DNA from: Klebsormidium nitens
Taxonomy: Eukaryota; Plantae; Klebsormidiophyceae
Assembly: GCA_000708835.1 (NCBI GenBank)
Contig: DF236976.1
Span: forward strand, 124,001 to 188,000
DNA length: 64,000 nucleotides
Reading direction: 5' to 3'
A program made the translations under genes and the position numbers. A model generated the notes under the pieces. That model was not told where the DNA came from and ran no database searches. It saw nothing but the letters and a program-made list of their open reading frames with translations. Positions 13,333 to 22,931 of the stretch are shown in pieces (position 1 is the first letter of the stretch; every line of letters starts with the position of its first letter).

Positions 13333-16300
13333 TTACAAGCTCACAAGCGCGGGCACCTCCTTGGGAAGGTCCTTCTCCGCGCGCGCGATGGTCTCCTTCA
13401 GATCCAACCCGAGAGACTCGGCCAGCCTCTCCCCTAGGCTCTTATCCACCCGGTAGTAGTGGTACAGGTTCAGCTGCTGGATCTTCTTGGGGACCGGGTC
13501 GGATTTACACCCGGCGCCCTTGCCCTTGGTCATGGTGTTAGTGATGCCGGTGATAACGCGCTCCTGCTCGTCCGGCTTCATTATGTGCCAAAGAGCGGTC
13601 GCCTGCGGGAAGCGAGTAAATGGTCAACCTTGAAGTGAGCAATTTCACAAAGACCTGCGTCTCTTTGGAGATTTCATATAAAGCTAAACACACATGATAA
13701 GCAGCGGAGGGCGCTCTTGTAGTGAGCGGCGAAGTTTTTGAAAAGCAGAATCCAGGGGACGCAGCAAAAAATCAACGACAATCCCGGCCTTCACTCGGCA
13801 CGCTGAATGACGGAAAGGAAGTAGGAACTACGTCGTCACATTGGGAGTGCTGTGTTGGATTGGAGCGCTTCAGTCGGATGACTCGAGAGGGACCAGTCCG
13901 CGTGGCGACCGAGCGAAGGATCCGGACAGACTCCAGCATCGCAACCAAGGTTCCTGCAACAAAAGCGGACGTCCGTACCTGCGAGTAGTCGTCCGAATCC
14001 GCCCGGTGGTTGTACCGCTTGCCCTCGCCGCTCATCTGCAGGGGCACGGCCGGGTCCACGTACCGGGCGTCCTCGGCGGGGCCGCCGAAGCTGTTGGGCT
14101 CGTACGGGGGGCCGGCCTGCAAAACAAAAACGGGGAAAATCAATGCCAGATCCAGGACAAGATACGCTGTCAACTCTGGTTTTTCGAAGGCCAATATCTA
14201 GTGATAGATTGGTGCTCCATCATGGTATGAGATATTTCGAGAAATATTTTAGGAAGTCGCCGCTTCGCCTGCAAAACCAATGGAGCTAGCGATCGTGTGA
14301 CTAACGAACGAACCTGTCGACCGAGAACCCAGCTCGGAGGATCTTCATTTGTTGAGAAAAGTAGGCGTGCAATGGGTGACTCGAATTGCTTTCCTGCCTT
14401 GCATAAGTCCCGCATGGCCGGTTGTGAGTGCGAGGTAACCGCACACGAACAGTTTTCCTCCTTACGCATTCCCTTAGTGAATAGCGGCAAGCAGAAACCG
14501 ACGGCGCAGAGCCACGTGGTAGATCCAAGCATGTCCGTTACTGATACGATTAGAGACAGCGGAGTCTTTCTCCAGTTGCAGAAAACCCGACTGCAAACTG
14601 CCAAGTGCTGAAGCCTGCTACTACAGGCCCGGTTTTGTTGCTTTGATCAACTCGGACCAGGAACAGAACATGTATGAATTCTTACCCCGTTTTGCGTCTG
14701 CATGAAGCCGTCTGAGTGGTAGTTGAACACCGGGCACCGGGGCTTGTTCACCGGCTGCAAGGAAAACCCTAAATACTCAGGAACTGTGAAGTCGTAGCTG
14801 GGGAAAATAATCTTGGGACACTTTGTCCTTCTACAAGTTTAAGAACCGGTCAGGATACCAAACGGAGCATTTTGAAGTAGGTAAGTGAGCGCAGACTCAC
14901 GTGGGATACGAAGAAGTTGGGCTTGTGTACATCACACGAACGACCGTTGTAAAAGCCGAGAAAGCGCCCGCAGAAAGATCATGGAACGCTGCTCCGAAGT
15001 ATGCCTTCAATGCGAGGAGACGCAGCTTTTCTCCAAAACGAGGTCCCAAAAAGGTCGAACAAACACTTAAACAGAGACTGAAAGGCGGAACGTGCGCACC
15101 AGTTGCTCGTGGTTGATGCCCAGCCTGTAGACTGCCGCGTCCTTGTACGAGAAAAGACGCGCCTGCACAAAGCGCGGTGGAAAAGAGTTGAGTAGGCTAG
15201 CTTTTTCTTCTCTTAGACGCGGTAAAGTTGTGGCGGTATCTCCCACGCAACTTGCTATAGAAGTCTTGGAAGAATTCTGAAACGCGAGACAGCATCCTGG
15301 TGAAATTTTTCTTGATGCTAGCTGGACTTCTTGTAAACGACGAAGCCAAGGTGCGAAACTAGCTTGCGGGAGCGTCTGCCCGACGCCTGTTTGTAGCCTT
15401 CCAATCAGATGATATACCATTGGCCCCTTCAAAACATATCGAAACCTCAATTTCAACCGCTAACCCGGTCCTGGAAGCCTGCTGCTGACCACGGCTCATT
15501 TCACAGAAATCGCATAAAGAAGGACGGCTCGATTTTGGCGAGCTTCAGATAACGAGGCAGACAACGATGAAGGAAACCGAGAAAGGACGAAACAGATAAA
15601 GAAGGAAACAAAGCCGTTTCTTCACCTGCAGCATGCGGTCGGGGGAGTAGCCGATGCCGGGCACGACGTTGGCGGGGGCGAACGAGGCCTGCTCCACGTC
15701 CTGGAAGTAGTTCACCGGGTTGCGGTCGAAGTGCAGCTCGCCCACCTGCAGTAGAAATATGTGAGTCTGATGTATTGTCTTGGCTGCGCATCAAGCCTTT
15801 CGTGTGCCTGGTAACTCGAACTGACGGGCTCCTTGCGTTACCACTCCGGGCCGACGGACACAGCGCGCGCGGATGAGCAGGGAAAGGCGCTAAAGGAGCG
15901 CTTTCAATCGCTGCAAGGAGGCTGATGAAGGCCACGAAGACGCTGTTTGAAGTTTGACGCTGTTCGACAGGTTTCCCACCATGCCAAAGTGCACACTTTT
16001 GGGCACATCCCGCAACGTCCAGCTATACGTCATATGAAATCTTGCTGGCGGCGGACTCTTTCCTGCGAGGTTAATCTTCTGTCGATGATAGTGCAATTGC
16101 CAACGCAGGTTCCTGACCTCCTGCTCAGCTTCCGTCACAAAGCTCAAACACGTCTCTCGAAGTAATGGGCCTCTTTCGAGCGTACCTCGTGCAGCGGGAA
16201 CTCCTTGTGTGGCCAAATCTTGGTAAGGTCAAACGGATCGTAGGGCACCTCGTCGGCCTGCTTGTCCGTCATCACCTGGATGAACATCTTCCACTTGGGC

Positions 16301-19300
16301 CCGTTGCCGTTCTGGATGTTCTGCAGCGCAAAGAAGACAAAGTCCGTCAACACGTCTGCGACCAATGATTGCGTGGGTACTTTACTTGCGCTTTCCAATC
16401 TCGCTCAGCATCGACCCTGATCGTGCGTCTTTCTCGTACCGTCCCCTAAAGCGCGTCTCTGCCGCGCTTTCACGCCTGGATGGCTTGGCGTTTCTAACTT
16501 GCATACATGTAACAGAGCTCCTCGTTGTGCCGCGCTACTGATCTGTAAATTGATAAAAGCCCTGCGCCCATGTGCCCTGTACCGCTTGCACGACTATCTT
16601 TTCGATGCATTTTCCAGTATCCCACAGCTGGACCCTTACGGGATAGCACTACTTGGCCGCCACCTCGACTATATCGTATCAATCGCTAGCACTCCCGAGG
16701 GCTACCTCAGATGTTCCGGACGTCCCCATGGTGTTACTGGCTAGCACTTGCGTGGACTACCTCACAATTTTCGGACGTCCTCACCGTGAACAAGTCCTCG
16801 TTGAACAGGTCCGGGTTCTCTCCGGACAGCGCAATCCCTTCCTCGTCAGTATACGACTCGTTGCCCTGCTCCGACTTCATATGGAACTTGCACCAAACCC
16901 GCTCGTTGTTATCGTTAACCAGTGAAAACGTGTGGCTGCCGTAGCCGTTCATGTGCCGGTACGACTTGGGCAGACCCCGATCGCCCATCAGCCATAGCAC
17001 CTGCAAACGAGCGCGGTTAAATGCTTAACCTTCGGATTTAGCGTTGACCCTGAATGTCACGCTACCCGTCAGGGCCCTCGTTCGATACTGATGCGTGTCC
17101 AGCGCTTTCCAGGCTCGTGGACGCTGACAGACGCCGAATCAGAGAAATATTTTCAAAATGGAGACCGTTTGTCCAGTCCTAGCGTCTACGCTGCTTTTCG
17201 ATCTGTAAATTAGCCTCCCGATCCACATTCTGATCACGGTCGAGAAAGCTACAATGTCCCACACGATGCTTGATATCAGCCGTGTACGGATCCGCGGAAG
17301 ACTACTGGTCGACCACCCGACCATTTTGAGCAGTCTGCCTCTATCTACGCAAGCCAACAACCCCGAGACGGGCAACTTCGGGCTCCGACCAGCATTGGCA
17401 GGAAGTGAGCAAGCGTCAGTCCTTCCGTAATCAGCTCTTTGGCAACTCCTTTCCTAATCGAATGGCTGAGAGCCGTCCTACTTCCCCTCGTCTAGTCACA
17501 CGATTTTACTAGTAGAGGCCGCCAAACTTCAGAAAGGTAGACAAACCAGAGCACTAGGGATCCGACAGTATTCCAACGGCTATGAAGACAGAAGTGAGGA
17601 GATAATCAACGATGGAGAAAACTGAGGAGCCGGAAAAAGAAGCTCGACCAGTACCTGGTGGGTGGCTTCGGGCGAGTGGCCCCAAAAATCCCAGCGCATG
17701 GTCCAGGAGCGCAGGCCGCGCACATCACGCTTCTGAGAGTGGATCAGGTCGGGGAACTTCAGGGGGTCCCTGTAGAAGTCGTGAGACTGTTAAGTGCTGC
17801 TAGGCAGACATGGCACCAATGATTGCTCACCTCAGAATTTCAAGCAGCTGGGGCTTACCGGAACAGCCGTTTACAGACTTTACTCGCATTACAGCGTTCC
17901 GTCCTTGAGATCTTGCACAGAAAAGGCACGTGGGTTCGATAGAAAAGACCGAATTGTCTCATTGGTTATCTCCGCACATGTGGTTTTGGTCCATGTCCCA
18001 ACAAGCGGCTAAACAAAAAGGGTCGAGTTACCATAGCCGTAAAGAAAAGCACAGATTCAATGCGTTGAAAGACGTCAAGAAGCATTCTACGAAAGTTTGT
18101 TCTCAGACCATTGTAAGGCTTGGAGATCATGAGCAAGCTCACCTGATGAAGAAGATGGGCGTGTTGTTGCCAACAAGATCCCAGTTACCCTCGTCCGTGT
18201 AGAACTTGACCGCAAACCCGCGAGGATCGCGCACCGAGTCTGCTGACCCATGCTCGCCCGCAACAACGCTCCACCGCGCAAAGATCTCGGTCTTCTTGCC
18301 AATCCTGTCGAACAGCTGTATAGAAACAGGATCCGGTTTAGAAATCGAATGAATGGGCGCAACTTTTCGCAGCAGATACCAAGACAGGCAAACGGGCCGC
18401 ATTCCACAGTTATCGTTTCCAGCTTCTCGAGGTGCAGGGGATAGTATAAGAGCGAACTATAGGACGTGGAGCAGTGCTTTCAAATCTTCCAATCATCAAG
18501 CCAATCAACACAGACGATGCAATATCAATTCAGAGATATACTTGCAATGAAATAAACTGCTTCGACTTCAAGCTTCCCTCACCTTTGCCTTTGTGTACTT
18601 CGAGATGTCCTTTGTGACGGTGAAGGTGCCGAAAGCACCGGCACCCTTCTCGTGCACTGACCGGGGCGGGATGCGCTCCCGGTTGAAATGGACCTGTTGG
18701 TTGCAAATCAGCCGTTTTGACCAGATGCCTTCACAGTAATAACAAAGAGGAATTGGCTGAAAGCATCCAACAGAGGACACAGCTAGACATGCATAACCAG
18801 TATAGGAAACAAGGGAGTCCCTAAAGAGTCTGATCGTACTTGTCATTTCAGGCCTTTCTGGACTAGAAACCGACCCAAGCAAAAACAGTCCCTCTAAAAG
18901 AACCCATATGAGACAAATTTGAAGAGCTGCATCGATCAACCTCCATATGTAAGGCCCCTCACATTCTTCTCATACAGATGGAAGTCCTCGGCCAAGAGCA
19001 GGGGTCCCCTCCTGCCCGCAGTGATGCTGTTTGTGTTGTCCCCAACAGGCTTGCCAGACGCAGTTGTGAGCGTCTCCTTTGGCTTGATATAGTGCTCTCC
19101 CGGCTTTCCATTCCCATTGAAGAGCCCTGCCCTCGGGGCCTGCTGGCGAGCCTCCCGCCTGAGCTGTGCGCAGCCTTGACACGCTGCTGACAAGAGGATG
19201 ATGTCAGCATAGAACTCCTGAGGATCAGGGCACCACTTACAAGGAAGGGAATTCCAGGAGGACGTGATTTGGTCTTCAAAGTGTCAGGATAGGATGCCAA

Positions 19301-19879
19301 AGCTCAGCCAGCAGATGAACAAGGGCCTTTAAGAGGTTATCTCGAACGATCCACTTTCACGTCAGAGCAGATGCCTGGTGACATAATCACTCTGACACTT
19401 TGGCATTGAACGGCGGTTTCTCCCATCAGTAAGGGGGTGCCCATATTTCATTGTTCAAAGATTAAGCATACTGTCTAGCAGAAAGTATCCTTTGACGCAA
19501 AGGACCAGAGGCCCCTTACATGCATTACAATCAAAGCAGATTGCTGGGGAGCTGCATGCATACATTGGCTTCAATTCACAGGAGATGGGAGCTCTTTGCC
19601 AGGATCCTTTGGATGGTGCCCCGGACCCCCCAAGAAAAGTGGCTGGTAGAACAGGGTAGCAAGTTGCTTAAGCTCTCTAATCAAGATGCAGCCATCGTTC
19701 CACGCAGTACTCATGGCCGCTCTGTGCAAGACAGAACCAATGGGAGAAAGAGACCCACCTGGCGGGGCTGCAAAAGCGGTGCCGGTCAGAAACTGCTTGT
19801 TATCCTGCACCCTTTGGAATATTGATTGTCCTTGAAGCCCCTTTTCTGCCACGCGAGACGCCATTGCTGAGGAGGCCAT
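13333..19879 (-). CDS. CAT: Monofunctional heme catalase, clade-3 (bacterial KatA-like), 12 exons, with N-terminal targeting extension
   Basis: Spliced motifs: [26 protein letters not shown]; [20 protein letters not shown] (distal His); [50 protein letters not shown]; [18 protein letters not shown]; [10 protein letters not shown]; [31 protein letters not shown] (proximal Tyr); [25 protein letters not shown]; YEPNSFGGP; ends ...ALVSL-TAA at 13333. Exon 1 (19879-19759) is inferred from a phase-1 donor that matches the phase-1 acceptor at 19187. The catalase core is certain; the 5' exon is less so. Confidence 0.95.
19128..19879 (-). other. Putative chloroplast transit peptide of the catalase (about 60 aa, split by intron 19758-19187)
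   Basis: Spliced N-terminus [60 protein letters not shown]|GLFNGNG. It starts MAS, is Ala/Ser/Gln/Arg rich with few acidic residues, and ends in an Arg-rich xRA cleavage-like site. Exon 2 has no in-frame ATG before the catalytic core, so an upstream exon is required. Confidence 0.65.
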
Positions 19880-20892
19880 ACAAATGTTTAGATCCGTTTG
19901 CTTCGCAAATCCACCTCCTTGCCTGGGACAATGCAGTTGCTAATAAGGTCCCTTCTCAAGTATTGAGCACGATTAGGCTTCCAATTCAAGAGCTCCTGCT
20001 TGGCGCTGCAGCCTGTGGAAAGTGGGACGATCGCTGATTTTTGTCACGACCTAATCAGGAATGAGAGTCTGGACTTTGCAAAGTGCAAACGGTACCTCTG
20101 GTATTCGGACTCCTCCTCGGCACGTCTCTTGCGCTGGCCAACTTGTTCAGCTTCTCGAGCTTCAGTAGGTCCTAGCTTTGCTACGTCTCTGCCATTATCG
20201 ACGTCGACTGCACTCGAGCTCGGGGAGGTTCAAACTGCCGGAACGTCGGGGGATCCCGCCGGAGGATTCACAAGGTGGTCGGAAGGAGCCACTTGGCAGC
20301 CCGGACGTTCGAACCCCATCCAGAATCTGTGCGATTTGGAACCGGGGTTCTGGGGTGCGTACCGAATCACTTGAGATAACTTGGCATCAGACTTGGACCA
20401 GTACGTACCTCGACCGCTCGGGCTTTTGCACTTTCCACGTGTATGAAGATCGGGCCTGCAGATACGAGTGCATGCAGTGGATCATAATATCATGTGAACC
20501 ATGTGGCAGTTATACCAATTCAAAGACGACAGGTGTTTCAAGAGGAGGCTTGCATGGCGGACAGTTGGCAGCCGATGAACTCCCGCTGACTCGGACAAAA
20601 CAGTACTGAAGTTTTTCACACGCTGTTGTGTGATGACAACAACCCTGCTATTTACTTTGAGTGTGAATAAGCTCGCAGATCAACCCACGGCACAGCTGGC
20701 AAATAGCGCGACTGCCGCCACAGTCATCACTGATCTGTGATATCACTTTACTGCGCAGCCACGGAAGATAAAAGGAGAGCAGATGCACGAACAAGACATT
20801 CATTTCAAGCAGCTTCCATTCAGCAAATTCAAGCTCTCTCACCGCTCAAAACAGCCACCTTTCTCTCCGTCACCAAACACCAACCAGCAATC
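19880..20892. promoter_or_regulatory. Divergent (bidirectional) intergenic region shared by catalase and the LEA-like gene; contains G-box CACGTG at 20436-20441
   Basis: Head-to-head ATGs at 19879 (-) and 20893 (+); the CACGTG is read directly from the sequence. Confidence 0.5.
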
Positions 20893-22119
20893 ATGCCTCT
20901 GGGTTCAGCTGAGCAGCAGGCCAAGGGTGAGTCCACCCAGAAGTCGGCCGAGGCCGAGAGGGGCACCAAGGACTTCAAGACCAACGTGCAGGAGACTGTG
21001 AGTTGCTAAGACTCAAGCACCGCACCGAAACTGTCTGACGTTTGCAAGTGTTCTGTGCAATTTGTAAGAGCTGCAGGTTAGCAAATGAGGGAGGGTTTGA
21101 AATGGAAGATAGCTGTGTCATTCCTTTGGAGTGAAGGGGAAAACTGGGAGTTAAGAGTATTGCCGGTCAGCTATCCTACCTGTATACTGACGTGTGACAA
21201 GATTGACATCTACTTTTGAAGTTGGATGTTCGGCTAGTTTCCTATCTCAGAAGTGCAGGCATTTTGCAAGCTAGATTGGGGGTAAAATGCCAGGGTGCCA
21301 ATTGTCAGATGGGATACTCAAAGCCGGGCTAAAATGTCTAGAGGCCTTTGCGTTGTGCTTTTGCAGTGTGGCATTGGCACGTCATGAGGCAGCCATTCCC
21401 TACGGAGTTCTCTTTTGCTTCTTGGAGAATCAGTAACGTTGTTGTCTTCTTATGATTGTACTCAATTCTACAAATGCAGTTTGAGAAGGCCAAGGCCAAC
21501 GTCCAGGCCGTCGGTGACAAGATCATGCACCCCTCCGACCAGGGCAGGGCAGCTGCTGATGCCGAGAAGGATGCCAAGAAGGCTCAGGTTGGGGCTCAGG
21601 CTGGGGTGAGGAATGAAACGGGTCCTCTTTCTATTCAGTTTGTCCAGCCCAATGCAGGGAATTGCAGAGTGCTCAGGACATAAATGGTAGAGTTGGGCAT
21701 CACTTTTTGGAATGGCGGAAACAAGAGCAGGTCATGAAACTGGCTAGTAATATTGAAACAAGTGCACTGCTTCCAAGTTTTCAAACACAGCAAATGGAAG
21801 TGGGTGAAATCTCTGCTGTAACAAATACAGCAACGAACGAGCGTCTTTTTGAACCCTAGAATGCGACAATGTGTCGTACCAGACAAAGCCTTTGATTGCA
21901 GTGTACTACTTTGCTTCCTACTAATCCTAGGTTTTGCCCTTGGCGATCTGCCGATAAGAAAGCTGAGGAAGCTGAGGAGTTTTTGGCATTCAAAAGATAG
22001 AATGTGCGTCTGACCAGTATACACTTGTGGATGTGCAGGCAGAGAGGACTGGACATCAAGCTGAGGAGACTGGCGAGAAGGCCAAGGGTTTCTTCCAGAA
22101 GAACAACCCCCTCGCATAA
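20893..22119 (+). CDS. Small LEA/hydrophilin-like protein (about 97 aa, 3 exons)
   Basis: Exons 20893-20997, 21480-21587 and 22039-22119 give MPLGSAEQQAKGESTQKSAEAERGTKDFKTNVQETFEKAKANVQAVGDKIMHPSDQGRAAADAEKDAKKAQAERTGHQAEETGEKAKGFFQKNNPLA*. It is rich in A/K/E/Q/G, has no Cys or Trp, and has AKEK/TAE-like helical repeats typical of group-3 LEA proteins. Confidence 0.75.
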
Positions 22120-22931
22120 GTGCAGAGCAAAAGTTTTGTGACAGTCAGTTCGTCACAGGTGCCTATTTTTGACAGTCTTTAGTGTCTAGCTAGGGTTCTG
22201 ACAGGTAAATTGGTGAAAGAGACATATCTTGTAAACAGTGTTTAAATTGTATTGTGAATGTGACTAAACAGTAATACAATCCTGTGTAACAATTGTGGAA
22301 GGATCTAATTCTTCAACTGATTGTGACCAAATCGTTTTCATCAATGGCATTGAAAGATCTTTTCAAATGTGGCAATAACATATTGCCGTCCCTTACATAC
22401 CTAAAACATTCACCTCCAAACACCACATATCGTTCAAAATGGTAATAGTCCTACCTTATATGTTGTCAAAAGTACCACATTTTTAATAATTTGTCCTGAA
22501 ACGACCATTCGCATAAATGACCAATTAAAGGAACGGTAGTTTCACCATCTTCATATCTAGTTACCTCATCCTAATTTTTGGTTTGCAATGTTGTCGATTT
22601 TTAATACTCAAAAAACACATTTATTTGGATGAATCTGCACAGGACATGTAAAACTCATTAATTAAACAAATCACATGAACATACATTCAGTCGTGTAAAC
22701 CGATGTAAACAGCATGAAAATTTTAAGGATGCATGATGGTACGCTTACATTTGCAATGGCAAATCAACCACACCCTGATAAATTCATTAAACATTTTCGC
22801 ATTTTCACATATTAAAATTGCAAAGCAACATAGCCAATTCGATCATATATCTGCAGACAAAATAATCATACCAACTGTCATTTAGAACGTTTTTACAACA
22901 TGTACATTCCCATCGAGAGTCCCGCAGTCGA

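Noticed and set aside
19235-19310. Strong GTAAGT donor at 19240, 54 nt before the catalase exon-2 acceptor, as an alternative first exon giving a non-targeted isoform
   Set aside because: The upstream frame hits a TGA with no ATG, and the intron would be far shorter than the others here.
20100-20360. Protein-like minus frame (DNGRDVAKLGPTEAREAEQVGQRKRR...) ending at a GT
   Set aside because: Closed upstream by a stop with no start codon; more likely catalase 5'UTR or promoter sequence.
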